Source: Lytechinus pictus
Lineage: Eukaryota
Length of the DNA stretch: 64,000 nt
Reading direction: 5' to 3'
Assembly (NCBI RefSeq): GCF_037042905.1
Contig: NC_087252.1
Coordinates: 20,586,001 to 20,650,000, forward strand
The position numbers and the translations under genes are program-made. Positions 50,739-63,554 of the stretch are shown here, piece by piece; the first letter of the stretch is position 1, and every line of letters begins with the position of its first letter. The notes under the pieces were generated by a model. It did no database searches, had not been told where the DNA came from, and saw nothing but the letters and a program-made list of their open reading frames with translations.

Positions 50739-51321
50739 AGGAGAATGAAACTCTTGTAGCAAGTTAGCTTTTGTGAAAGCAGAAAAATCAAAGAATAAGA
50801 TCAACAAAAGTTTGAGTAAAATAGGACTAGCAATAGAAGAGTTATGAGCATTTGAATGTCGAGATCACTAATGCTATGGAGATCCTCCCATTGGCAATGC
50901 GACCAAGATCTATGGTGTCACAGATGAACAACTCTCCCCTTTTGGACACTGAAAATATACCCCAAAACATCTCTTTTTGCTCATTCTAATCATATGACAA
51001 ACGATTCATCAATGATATAATGTTGTGAAACCTCTGTACTTGTCCTCTCATAGAGAGAACACCTCACCTTGTGATAGACTATAAAAGTGAGAATATAAGT
51101 GAATATAAGTACTAAAGTAATGAGGGAGTTGTACGTATGTGACATCACAGATCTTGGTCGCATTGCCAATGGGGGGATCTACATAGCATTAGTGATCTCA
51201 ATATTTAAATGCTCATAACTCTCTTATTATTCATTCAATCTTCCTCAAACTTTCAACAATATGTTTCTTTGATTTTTCTCTTTGATAGGGATTCAGCTTG
51301 TTTCAAGGGTTTCATTCTCCT
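50739..51321. mobile_element. TTAA-flanked palindromic MITE (Kolobok-like), copy 1
   Basis: TTAA|AGGAGAATGAAAC ... GTTTCATTCTCCT|TTAA with long imperfect inverted arms. Confidence 0.9.
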
Positions 51322-51639
51322 TTAAAAGCCCTTCGTAACAAACGAGTCTTTGTCGAAAATCGGTTACTCAAAACAGCAGTGTCGTCCTGGACTTTGGACA
51401 AACGACATAATTGCAATTTTTCATCCGGTCCGAATCTTAAGATGATGTGTTGTCCCGATGCACCAATTTTCGACAAAGACCTCTCATCTGTCCATCGTGA
51501 TTTGGCCGGAATTTCCATTAGATTCTCAATGTTCCAAGAAACGTCAGTGAAGTAGATGCTCAAATACGCTTTTATTTGGGTAGGTGTAAATCAATGCTCC
51601 TTAGCTTAATCTTCATTGGTATCATTTTTTAAATAACAA

Positions 51640-51897
51640 TATGCAACATTTGTATAGTGCTTATTACAATTTTTTCTAAGCGCTGCATGCTATTACCCCG
51701 GCTATACCACGGCTACAGTAATCGGGCGCATCGAGCATTCAATAATTCCATCCAACCGGGAACCCATTTACTACACCTGGATGGAGAGTGGCAAATGTAG
51801 ATAAACGCCTTGCCAAATGAGGCGAGTGCTGCGGTAGGATATGAACCCAGGACCTTGCGGTTCAAAGTCCGATGACTTATCAACTGAGCAACACCAC
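51640..51897 (-). mobile_element. tRNA-derived SINE (second family) with L2-like tail
   Basis: Minus-strand A box TTGCTCAGTTGA, B box GGTTCATATCC, core CCACTCTCCATCCAGGTGTAGTAAATGGG and tail AGCGCTTAGA..AAGCACTATACAAATG. Confidence 0.7.
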
Positions 51898-52718
51898 TAT
51901 TACAAAATACATCAGATTTTTTTCAGAAATAATGGGTCACTCAAAGAGGCCGCAAAAGAGTTAGCCGATAAATCAAGAGTCGTTTGGTTCTTACACTCCT
52001 AGAAAAAAAAAATTATTGCCTCTTTTTGATGCAACTATATATACAACCGATATTACTAATCTGAAGATTGGATTACAAAGGTCATAGATATGGAAAAATA
52101 TCTACAGTTAAAATTTTGGAAAACAGGGCTAAACTTTCAGTATGAATTTGAAAAGGTACACATTTAATTCTGTTGGGGGTAAACCGCAAATGTACTTATT
52201 TAGCAGCGACTACTGGAATTACTCTCTCGCCCCCCCCCCTCTTTCTCTTTCTTTATATCTTTATATTGGGCTTCAATCTTTATTGTGTATGTAATATATT
52301 ATATATATGTACGTTCAAATTAATGCAATTATTGTCCTATCAAAAGATTCATTTAAATGATTTTCATGTTGAATGTAGTCATAGAATCTGTATTTGTGTC
52401 TTCAAAAAAATTATGTCACTGTATACTTTGAAATCATGACTGATAATATTTAATTTTCGTTTATTTCACTCTTCTCAACGTCCTTCGCCAACTTTTTTTT
52501 CCCAATAAACCATTTTTAAAATTCTATTTTACCATACCACCAGTCTATCTCTCTCACACACAAACATACACACATCCTCACACATCTCTCTCTCTCTTTC
52601 TCTCTCTCCCTACACTGTGTGGACTCGGGTCGCGTGTGCGTTCGTTCCGGCTTGAAACGAAACTCAAATTTCAATTTCATTTTATTTCCCAGAGTGTTTG
52701 TCCCAATAATCTTTTTAA

Positions 52719-53302
52719 AGGAGAATGAAACTCTTGGAGCAAGTTAGCTTTTGTGAAAGCAGAAAACTCAAAGAATAAGATCAACAAAAGTTTGAGTAAA
52801 ATAGCACTAGCAATAGAAGAGTTATGAGCATTTGAATGTCGAGATCACTAATGCTATGGAGATCCTCCCATTGGCAATGCGACCAAGATCTATGATGTCA
52901 CAGATGAACAACTCTCCCCTTTTGGACACTGAAAATATACCCCAAAACATCTCTTTTTGCTCATTGTAATCATATGACAAACGATTCATCAATGATATAA
53001 TGTTGTGAAACCTCTGCACTTGTCCTCTCATAAAGAGAACACCTCACCTTGTGATAGACTCTATAAAAGTGAGAATATAAGTGAAATAAGTATTAAAGTA
53101 ATGAGGGAGTTGTACGTGTGTGACATCACAGATCTTGGTCGCATTGCCAATGGGAGGATCTACATGGCATTAGTGATCTCGACATTCAAATGCTCATAAC
53201 TTTCTTATTATTCATTCAATCTTCCTCAAACTTTCAACAATATGTTTCTTTGATTTTTCTCTTTGATATGGATTCAGCTGGTTTCAAGGGTTTCATTCTC
53301 CT
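52719..53302. mobile_element. TTAA-flanked palindromic MITE (Kolobok-like), copy 2
   Basis: Near-identical to 50739-51321, with its own TTAA TSD and different flanks. Confidence 0.9.
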
Positions 53303-53545
53303 TTAAGGATAGGTAGACCTTAGAAGTTCGTGTGTTTGTGACCAATAGGCCTAGCTAACTTCAGTTCAGTAACTTACGATCAAAATCGAGCGTGCGGAGA
53401 GAGAAGTACAAATTGGAGTAAATGGGAAATAACGATGTGGGATGTACACAAAATTCAAGAGAAATCAGGTCAAATATGTGGAGTGTGATTATATTAAAAC
53501 AGAAGTCAAAATTCGCTTGTTTGTTATATTAAAACAATACTCCAG

Positions 53546-53700
53546 GGGCCTGTTGCATAAAACTTTTAACCTGAGAAAACTCAGTTTTTTTTACCTGGGT
53601 TTTTGCATTGTGTTAAAGTCAATGGCAGAAATCAGACTTACCTTAGTTTTCAGTGTTTACCGGAGTCTTCTCAGGTAAAAAAGTTTTATGTAACAGGCTG
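53546..53700. mobile_element. PIF/Harbinger-type MITE
   Basis: Same family as 10186-10340; CAG TSD. Confidence 0.82.
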
Positions 53701-55271
53701 CAGATCATTGTATTTAAGGCACTTGCCGGCTTGAAACGAAACTCAAATTTCAATTTCATTTTATTTTCCCAGATTGTTTGTCCCATTGAAGACAGCGTAA
53801 AAAAAAAAAATCGCAAAAAATCGTATCCGAAATCCAAAACCCGAGTGATTACGAACGCGCCCGCGACCCGAGTGAATAGTATAAGCCGTGTGGACTGACT
53901 GCTCATAATTTTCAACCAGAGAAATGGTGTGCCTGTGTAATATAACTGTCAGGTCTATTAATCTGTGCATCATCAGTCATGGAACCATTCGAATATACAA
54001 CCAGATCAAATCATAATAGTAGTACATATTTTATCTTTTTACTGCACACATATGTTTTGTGTTTTAATTACCCCTCCCCACATTCGTTGGAAATTAAGTA
54101 ATCAGGTTTCAATTTGAGGTTAAATTATTAAAAGGATTTAATACTTTCGGCCAAGAAATGGCGGACAGGCGCTTGGGTTTGTTGAAAGGGAAACTGAATT
54201 TCAGAACTCTTTTATTTATTTATTTATTTATTTCAACCAATTATTTCTTGCTTGAATTCATTTGTGATATAAATACTCCATATCTGTATGTAGCCTTTGT
54301 TTTCAAAATTATATTTCATCTCCAGTAGATACACATCTAATTAACTCAATTTGCCGTCGATTAAACGAAGTAGGTTCATTCAAGGGCCATGACATCTGTC
54401 GATTCTCTAGATAAAATACATTAAATGTTTGCTTACAACAGATAAATCATACCACAAATGAAAAATATATTTGAAGAATAGGTTATTGACATCGTTAAAA
54501 CTATATTTGCTGATGTCGTATAGGCCATCATCACACGCGGCTACGCGTGGGATGAGGGGGCGAAATTGATTTCCATTAGATTCTCAACGTTCCAAGACGC
54601 GTCAGAGACGTATTGGAAGATGACAAAATATGGCATTATTTGGGTAGGAGTAAATCTTTGCTCCGTACCGGTGTGCTAAATCCACCTTGTCTTAAAATTC
54701 ATTGGTATCGTATGTTTGTTGGTCTGTTTGTTTGTTGTTGTTGTTTTTTTCTTAGAAATAATGGATCACTCAAGGAGACCGCAAAAGATTTAGCCGATAA
54801 ATCAAGAAAAGCATTAAATTCTACAAAAACAAACAAGTCTCTGGCAAAAATTGGTTAATAGAAACAGCAGTGTCGTCCTGGACTTTGGACAAACGACAAA
54901 TTGCAATTTTTCATCCGGTGCGAATCTTAATACGATGTGCTCTTCCGGTCCAATAACTTTCGACAAAGACCTCTCGTCTGTCCATTGTGATTTGACGGGC
55001 ATTTCCATAAGATTTCCAACGTTCCAAAAGGCATCAGGCAATTAAGTAAATGTCAAATAAGAGTCAATCTTTGATCTTCATCGGTGTGCTGATTCCAACT
55101 AGTCTTAACTTTCAGTGGACTTGGGTTTTTTCTTCTCTCTATCTATCTTAATACTACTATTATTACATTTCTTTTTCTACTGTTACACTCCATTCAACTA
55201 ATTGTATTTGTGATACTTGGTTTTACCTTTCTTCGATTTGTTTTCCTCAAATATTCCTTAAATTGTATATA

Positions 55272-56251
55272 CAGTGCGTATAAAAAAAAGTTTACACTTT
55301 GAAAAAGACCTGGGAATTGAAAAATATACAACATGTGGGTAATTTTTTTCACATTCATTCTTGGGTTTGGGTCTCATCTATCCAATGGAAGTAAAAGTTT
55401 TGACAGAATGTTATACTTGAGTGAGCACTGTCCATTTTTGTAAAGCTCGCAGAAATCTGTTTGCGCAGAAATGCTTATTTTCACGCTGTGGCAAGGGGAA
55501 AGGGCGAAATCAAACTTACCCTGCTATACATTTCCCTTGCCCTTTTAGTCAATTGAAATAAAACGCATACATTCAAGCATTTTGTAACAATTTTGCCACC
55601 CAAATTGAAATTTCAACACTTAGTATTAAGTACAACCTTTACCCTGTTTGTACCAGCTGGATCTGAGAACATAACTGAATCTGAAGAAAAGTTTATATCA
55701 GACATCTCCAGCATAGTTTCACTAAGTTTTTATCATTTAAAGTAGGTTTACATTTCATTTTACATTTAATACTCGTTTCTCCACACTTTTCCCAAGCTTG
55801 ACAATGATTAACAAAATGAAAATCAAGCCTAAGCCATTTCATGTAAATCACAGCTCAATGTAAAGCAAATATCGTCACGATGGCCTCGGTGTGTGGGGAA
55901 GCGGGGTGGGGCGCAATGCACTCTTCAAAATGTTTTGAGCAAGGAAACAAGTTAAAAAGGTAAAAGATATCTTCGAATCAATTTTACTAGCTAAATCCCA
56001 CGTGTTCTTCGTGATTAAGGTCTACTTTTATTCGCATAACTATTTCAAAGTTCTGCGCAAATCATTTTTCACTAACTTTTCAAAAGTAAGTGGTGCTCAC
56101 TCAAGCGGAAATATTTTTCGACAGTTATATCGTCATTTGCTTAAATGGATCTCTACCAATGTTAAAATTTTGGAAAATTCACCAGGATATTACCAATTTA
56201 TAATTTTGTCAGGATTTTTTATAAGTGTAAACTTTTTTTTGATACGCACTG
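55272..56251. mobile_element. Tc1/mariner-like non-autonomous element
   Basis: TA|CAGTGCGTAT(A)nGTTTACACTT ... AAGTGTAAAC(T)nGATACGCACTG|TA. No transposase ORF. Confidence 0.88.
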
Positions 56252-56812
56252 TATATTATAATGTTTTGTACATCTTGTATGATTTTGTATTTTTTCAGGA
56301 AATCTTCCCAGGTGAGGCAGGAGGGTACCTGGTACGAATTCATTCCTTGAAATGCGCGTGCGCTGTAGGTAATAACGGCATCCCGACACACAGCCTTCAG
56401 ACATGCATGGGTGTCAATCGGGTGTGTTTGGTTGAGGGGTGACTGACAGAAATATTATTATCTGTGAGGATTTTTTTAGTTTAATGGGGTAAGGGTCAAT
56501 GGCGTAACGATTGTATTTGCTTTAGTATGCCACACATGGTGTTAACAGCAAAATTAATGCAAACCTATGAGGGAGTGAAGTGAGCGAGCCAAACTTATAA
56601 CTTTTTTTGTATAAAAAATCTTTCTTTGTGAAGCTATGACCGAGCGACGTGAGAGCAACATTTTTTACCTCCTTACTCCTTCTACTTTTATGATAAAATT
56701 TTGTCATGATATTCAAAGTTATAACATCTACCACCCTTTGTCTTTCCATTTGCTTTCATTTCTACTGCTTTGTTGGTCGTGACACTTTTGGGGTCCATGG
56801 CATCCAAACCCG

Positions 56813-56991
56813 ACACTCTATATTAGATTTAGATTTAAACATTGTTGATTTAAATATAAATCTAAAAGATTTGAATTTAAATGTTTTGAGATTTAAAAGT
56901 AAATCCTTTAGATTTAAAATGAATTCAAAATTCGGCCGGTCACTATTCACAGCCGATCTGGATTTATTTGAAATCCTTGGAACTTAGAGTG
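56813..56991. mobile_element. Small CACTCTA...TAGAGTG MITE with GATTTAAA repeats
   Basis: Short TIRs and internal tandem GATTTAAA units. Confidence 0.6.
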
Positions 56992-57030
56992 TACCTCTGT
57001 ACCCCAGCTGAGGATGAGGGTAGTCCTTAA

Positions 57031-58484
57031 AGTTGAATTAAGAAGGGGGTGAGTTTCCATAAATATAGGTTCTACATACAATATATAGTATATATAAGTT
57101 GTTCAAACACATAGCATGTCACAATAATCCTCTGCCTTCTCGATATTTTGCTTTGAAAGTCTATGAAATTAGCCACCTGTCAGAGCCCGAGAGACGAGTG
57201 TACAGAAAAGTCACTCGGAGTGTGACGTCACCGGGGGGAATTTAGTATAAGAGGTGCCTGAATGTCATACAGAAATGCTATGCAGAGAGAGAAAGATATT
57301 TTACAATTTTTTTTCAAAGCAACTCAAATCAAACAAATAGGACTGATATGTACAAATCTTTACTTTCCCTGTATAAAAAACAGTATGAATAACCACCATG
57401 AACTCTTCAATCATGATGTAAGATAGCAAACAGTGAGTTATTGAATGATATTTTCACTATTTCTCATTTATTTTATCACGATGTTCAATCAAGTGAGTAG
57501 CTGGAAAGTAATTCCGGCGGCTAGCTCAGCGCGCGCTGAACGCATAATACTAGTACACACAACACCCAGGCATTGAGTGTACTGTTATGGTCTGGTATGT
57601 CGACTTAGTTCATGGCCGTGCAGCGATCCCCTGGCGTTTTTTTCTTCTTTTCTTTTGTCTTTGACTCCACTTTTATATCCTCTGGATCATTTCCACTCAT
57701 AGCTCATTCCACAGAACAATCTTGAACCAAACGTATAGTATTCTTTCTCGGCCTTCTGAGTTGTTTTCTATATTTAATTACGCTAGGGGTCACCGTCACA
57801 CATACAAACGCAATTCGGAAGTGAGTTGAAGACAGAAAGATATATAGTAATTAGTATACATCTCTATGGTTGAAGACAACAAGAACGGTACGGTGGCTCG
57901 ACAGCTAGCTGCGCCGGAGCGGGCGGCCGGTCGGCACAAAGCAATTCCGCAACCAACTGTGTTTTTTTGCAAGAGCCGCGTCACACGCGGATAAATATGT
58001 CATAATAACACGTCTGCTACGTTATCGACTGGTGAGAAGATCTCGATCAAATTTCATATTATTCACCTTGAAATTATTTCTTTAGGGTCTATGGTATCAT
58101 TCTGAGGGAATTCACATATTTGGAATAATAGTACGGCCACAAATATTTTAATCATTTCCTCTTTGCAAGTTCTATGGCTCGCAGATACAACTTCAACTGC
58201 AGTTATTCCATATGAAGGAGTACGTGCATAGTACACAAAACGGCACTGCCTTGTTTACTAAACCGGGACCGAATACCCCCCGGTGACGTCACACTCAAAG
58301 AACACCCGTCTCGGTAGGCATTGCAGGAGCGAACTCAGGGAAAATGGGTACGGATAAATCGTTCAAATTCACTATTTTGAAAAAAGAAAATGGGGGGTCG
58401 AATCACCTATTAGTGTTTGGGGGGTTGTAAGGTTGCTATTAATGTAAATATCTCAATATTTGGAATCGTCTTCTTAATTCAACT
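57031..58484. mobile_element. 1.45-kb TTAA-flanked non-autonomous element (Kolobok-like)
   Basis: TTAA|AGTTGAATTAAGAAG ... CTTCTTAATTCAACT|TTAA. Inverted subterminal GAGTGTGACGTCACCGGGGGG at ~57218 and ~58276. Confidence 0.85.
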
Positions 58485-58717
58485 TTAAGACTTAATTATT
58501 TTAGTGTATGTTAGCTTGATTTTTTTACAACAGATTTAGGAACTTCTTACATGTACTGATTAGATCAATAATGAAAGCACGAAGCGCAAGCTGAATTTTA
58601 TGAAAAATTGACCTGAAAATGAGTAATTTGGAGGACACTTGTCGGTTTGCATGGTTATTTTCCTTCCTAAACTCTTTTGAATTTCAATTTTGGTTTCGTC
58701 CCTTTGTTCTCCACTTA

Positions 58718-59382
58718 TACCCTTTTTACACAAGATTTTCTTAGCCCCGGACTATCGCTAACCCCGTACTATCCTTAACCCCGTACTATTTTTTTCCTTT
58801 TCACACATGCCAAATTGTTATTGCTAACCCCGGATAAGGAATGCTTGCTTTTCACACACGAAACTCGCTAACCCCGGACTAGTGGTAGCTCATGAATATT
58901 CACGAGCGCACTGAGGGGTCATTCGGGTCATATCCAAAATCGCGCGCGCTTTAAATACATTTGTCGATCATTCGTAGTAAATAGTCTGGTCTGTTAGCGA
59001 AAAGTACTTCACTCGGAATTGTTAGCCGGCTACACGATAGACCTCTCATCGCTGTTCATTAATATTCATTATACTTACCTCTGAATACAACAAGGCCGGC
59101 TCTGTTGCGGGGCATAAATGGGAGCGCTTAGCCCACTTTCGTTTTACACTAGCGATCTTAACCCCGTACTATCGATCTTAGCACCGCAATTGCTGGGATA
59201 ACCCTGCTTTTTTGCAGGGCCAAATAATCCCGTATTAAAGGTGGGGTTAGCCCACTTTGCAAAATGCTGTGTAAAAAGAAAGTGGGCTAAGCTTAACCCC
59301 GTACTATAGGTGGGGCTAAATGGCAATTTAGCCCCACCTATAGTACGGGGTTAAGGAAATTTTAGCGTGTGTAAAAAGGGTA
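58718..59382. mobile_element. Palindromic MITE with AACCCCGTACTAT repeats
   Basis: TIRs TACCCTTTTTACAC / GTGTAAAAAGGGTA. Confidence 0.8.
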
Positions 59383-59695
59383 AACCTGGATCAAAAATAT
59401 TCATAACAATTAAATAACATTAAAAAGGATGGTCAAGAAACGTGGCACACCCCATGCGCCTGTTTGCGGGGATGGGTAAAATTAATATTAAAAAAAAATA
59501 TGTTGTGTATATAGAAACATAAACATGAACAATTTTATCCCAGAACTTTTTTTTCTCCACCCTTCTGTTTCTAGCAATTCCTGAACAAAATATCTTCATT
59601 CAATAAACTTGAAAATAAGAAAATCCAGGGGGAAATATGGTTACCTTAGTGTATATACAATCAGTATTATCATGATGATCATAATCATGATAATC

Positions 59696-62600
59696 AAAGT
59701 TGCCGTTTGGGCAATTTTGCTAATTTGCATAAATCCAAAATGGCCGCCAGATGCCATCTTAAAGACTTAACTTTTGAACGCCTTGCCCCAAAGTGATGAG
59801 TAAAGACTCTTATAAGGGGTTTTGGGGGGGGTGTAGAATCGATTTCTTTTATCATTTTTGCAATATAAGGTCATCTTCAGGTCAAATCCAAGATGGCCGC
59901 CAGATGCCATCTTGAAAAATTGACTTTTGATCCCCTTGACCCAGAATGACGAGTAATACCTCGGTTTAGGGGTTTTGGGTGTGTAGAATATCTTTCTGCT
60001 ATCTACTTTGCAATATAATGTCATCTTCAGGTCATATCCAAGATGGCCGCCAGATGACGCCATTTTGAAAAAAAATAACTTCTGAACCCTTTTGTCCACG
60101 AATCATGAATAATACCTCTTTTCGTGAGTTATTTGATATTTTGATTCCATTTCTGGTGATAAATATAGAATCATTCAGATTTTTAAAAAAGATCGCCGCT
60201 AAACGCCATATTTAAAAAAACTTCTTCCCGAGACTATCGAACTTTGAACCTTGAAGAAGAACTCTCCCCAAAAAGTACACGCTGCCCTAAAGAGGGTTAC
60301 TATTATGTGTGGGAGCTCATGTAAGGGTATTTCAGTAAGAATGAGTCATTTCTTTTTATTTATCCATTTTTAGTGGTCAAGTCAGGTCTCAGATGGTCAG
60401 ATGGTTGATATATTTCGGCATTAATCGCTCACCTTAGAATGAAACCATTCAAGGTTTGGGCTATGACCCATTTCGGGAATTCTCATCATTTTTTTTATGT
60501 CCAGCCATATTTTTCTATTGAAAGGACTTCAAAGTATTATTTTATAATTAAAAAGTGATTCTCCGTATTTTTCAGAAAATTGGTTAACTTATTACCTTCC
60601 TTTATAATAATCATTGGACTTTTCGTCCTGACAAAAGCCTTTGACTTGGTCAGCATGAGTGCACTTTTTAGCCTCCTGTAGAAGATAGGCCCCCAAGACT
60701 GATCCATGGTCACATCATTCCATGAGCACAGTTTGCTACAATGCTGAAACATCTGGTAGCTTCCCTCAGTTCCTGTGAGCAGTGGCGTGAAGCAATTATG
60801 CTGCGCCTGGCCCTGACACTCATTTGGGACCTTATTCATGCTTCCTCAGTATGCAGTTGGCGGATGCACAGAAGACATCTACATGTATATCCGTACCAGA
60901 GTAGATGAGAAACTCTTCAACCTTTCATAAAGAACCGGGAGTAGGCCTACAAGACCTAGTAATACAGCCACCTGTCCTGTGCATGTAAGGAGTTTGGATC
61001 ACCCATCAGCCTGTAAGACAGAAATCCTGATAGACTCAAGACACTGACTGTCCTCCAGATATCTCTATCAACAGCACGCACTTGTCTGGTTGTGGTGGAC
61101 TCCTCACCTACCTTGGATTGACTATCTGTCTCTAGTTCTCTTTCACTGGACAAGGAGACAAGCACCAGGATGGGAATATCTGTCACAGCCATGGCCAAGC
61201 TCCTGAATGGAAATAAGTCCTCAAAAACGTACGCCGATCAAGGAAAGCGGCTAAACACCTTCCATGTCAGCTGCCTCGGACGTATCCTGCACATGAAATG
61301 GCAGGACAGAGTGAAAAAAATATAAGGCCCTTCAGCGTACGTGCATGCTGGCATCACCAGCTTATTCTCGCTCCTTAGTGAAAGGTGCCTCAAGTAGTTG
61401 GGGGCATGTTCGCCGCATGAAACTTTGGCAAATTCTAGAAGGGATTCACCAATGTAAGGTGAGCTATGTGATTGGTTCCCAGATAGATCACACCGTTATA
61501 AACACACCTGCAAACGTGACATAAAACTTGGCCGGCATAAACACTAACACTTTTGAAGATGTAGATGATAGTCGTCATCTATGGAGAGCTACTAAGTACA
61601 GGGGTCAAGACGTCAGAAAATAATCATAATGCTACATTGGCAGGCCAAAGACCAAGGAGGAAGGCTAGGGCAGCATTACTATTTGAACCTGTCTCAGCGC
61701 CATCCTCCTTCATCTGTACAAATTTGCTTTAGAGACTGCCACTCTATAGAGCGGAGCTCTACAGCCACTCTCGAAATGTAAACCCCAGCGACCCTAGACG
61801 AACTGATGCCTACCTATCATTGGACACTTTGATTTAGGGAAAATATGGAGAAAATACTTTCAAATTAAAAAAAGACTTTAAAGCCTCTTCAGTACAAAAA
61901 GTATGGATGGACATTAAAAGAAATAAAAGTACACTCGAAATTGATCATAGCCCAAACCTAACGAGGATTCATTCTAAGATGAGCATTTAATTTCGAACGT
62001 CTGACAACATCTCAGATCTGGCTTCCCCTTGAACTAAAAATTGAGAATTAATAAAAAGAAATTAGTATTCTTACTGAAATCCCCTTACATAAGCTCTTAC
62101 ACTATAAGCCTCGGTAAGTAACTTTTTCAAGATGGCATTTGGCGGCCATCTTGGATTTGATTTGAAGATTATCCTTTATTGCAAAATTACATCAAAAATT
62201 GAATCAACATACCAAATGACTCACGAATAAAGTTATTATTCATGATTCTGGGGCAAAGGATTCAAAAGTTAATATTCAAGATGGCGTCATCTGGCGGCCA
62301 TTTTGGATTTGACCTGAAGATGACCTTATATTGCAAAATAGATAAGCAGAAAGAGATTCTACACACACCAAAACCCCTAAACAAAGGTATTGCTCATCAT
62401 TCAGGGGCAAGGGGTTCAAATTCAATTTTTCCAAATAACATCTGGCGGCCATATTCGATTTGACCTGAAGATGACCTCATATTGCAAAAATAATAATATA
62501 AATTGATTCTACACACACCTAAACCCATAGAAGGAGTTCTTCCTCATCATTTTAGGGCAAGGGGTTCAAAAGTTAGTTTTTTAAGATGGCATGTGGCGGC

Positions 62601-62752
62601 CATTTTGGATTTATGCAAATTAGCAAAATTGCCCAAACGGCAACTTTGGGCAACCAAGCTGAATTTGTTATAGGACCCCATAGGAACACGAATCAAGAAA
62701 AAAACTTCATCGGAGAGAACATTTCTAGGTTCGGAAAATGTCAAATCGACTA
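59696..62752. mobile_element. Long-inverted-arm element (AAGATGGCCGCC repeats; possibly Academ-like) containing an RTE fragment
   Basis: 59696-59755 is the reverse complement of 62590-62647, and 60311-60360 of 62050-62097. The right end is ...AATCGACTA; the left tip is truncated. Confidence 0.8.
60620..61810 (+). pseudogene. Decayed RTE (BovB-like) LINE, RT to C-terminus
   Basis: Motifs LTKAFDLVS, SGVKQ, IRTRVDEKLFNL, ACKEFG, RLNTFHVSCLGRILHMKWQDRV, LGHVRRM and RYKHTCKRDIK, with many stops and frameshifts. Confidence 0.85.
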
Positions 62753-63303
62753 ATAGACGATTAAACAAACGTTTCATCACGTCCCTGTAGAGTTGTTCAA
62801 TAAAGGAAAATATAACTGGTGTTTTCATGGTAAAAAAATAATTTCTAAAATTGAGTATCAACTGCGATCATATCACAATGTACCATTTGAAAACCAGTTC
62901 ATCAAAAAACTCCTTGGATCATGCATAACCATTCAAAATAACAGCTCTGAAAGTATGCAGCTCACTTGCATTCTAAACACATTGACCGTTTTCTGAAGTC
63001 CAGTTCAACTTAAATGTCACGGGCTGGCTGTCTTTGTGCAAAAAATTATGGGAAGCCCAAAATACCTGAACTTTGTTTGCATATCGTATGTTTCATTGTG
63101 TTTACAGTGCTTCCTCTCCATGATTTAATGATAAATAAAACTATTTTAGTTATCGTTTTAAGACATTGATTATTCTAGTAAGATATGATATGGTAAATTG
63201 AACCTGACGTGGTAGAGATTTGTGACACAAGTGGCTTTCCATAATTAAAGCGCAACCTCAGACCAGGATCTCGTAACACAAAGCTTAGTAATGATCGTAG
63301 AAC

Positions 63304-63554
63304 CATGGGCGGAAATCTGTCCTCAAAGGTAGGGGGACCAGGGGCTGGAAAATTTGACGAGCAAAAAAAAAGGTTTTCACTCAGAAATTTAAGGTCATTT
63401 AGTCCAAAATACATGTATATTTTGGTTGTGAATTATGTCGTTTTCTCCATAAAAGATCAAAAATAGTAGGGGGCATTTGATATTGTGTCCCCCCCCCCCT
63501 ACTATTTTGGTAGGGGGACGCGTCCCCCTGGCCCCCCTGGGATTTCCGCCCATG
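63304..63554. mobile_element. hAT-like MITE nested in a Harbinger-like MITE (~63265-63657)
   Basis: TIRs CATGGGCGGAAATC / GATTTCCGCCCATG with flanks CGTAGAAC / CGTCGAAT. Host TIRs GGATCTCGTAACACAAAG / CTTTGTGTTACGGGATCC. Confidence 0.8.

Noticed and set aside
56002..56442. 146-aa ORF
   Set aside because: It crosses the TIR of a non-autonomous Tc1-like element, has no ATG start and shows no transposase motifs.
60537..61198. Minus-strand ORFs of 100 and 80 aa
   Set aside because: Antisense to the recognisable plus-strand RTE RT remnant.
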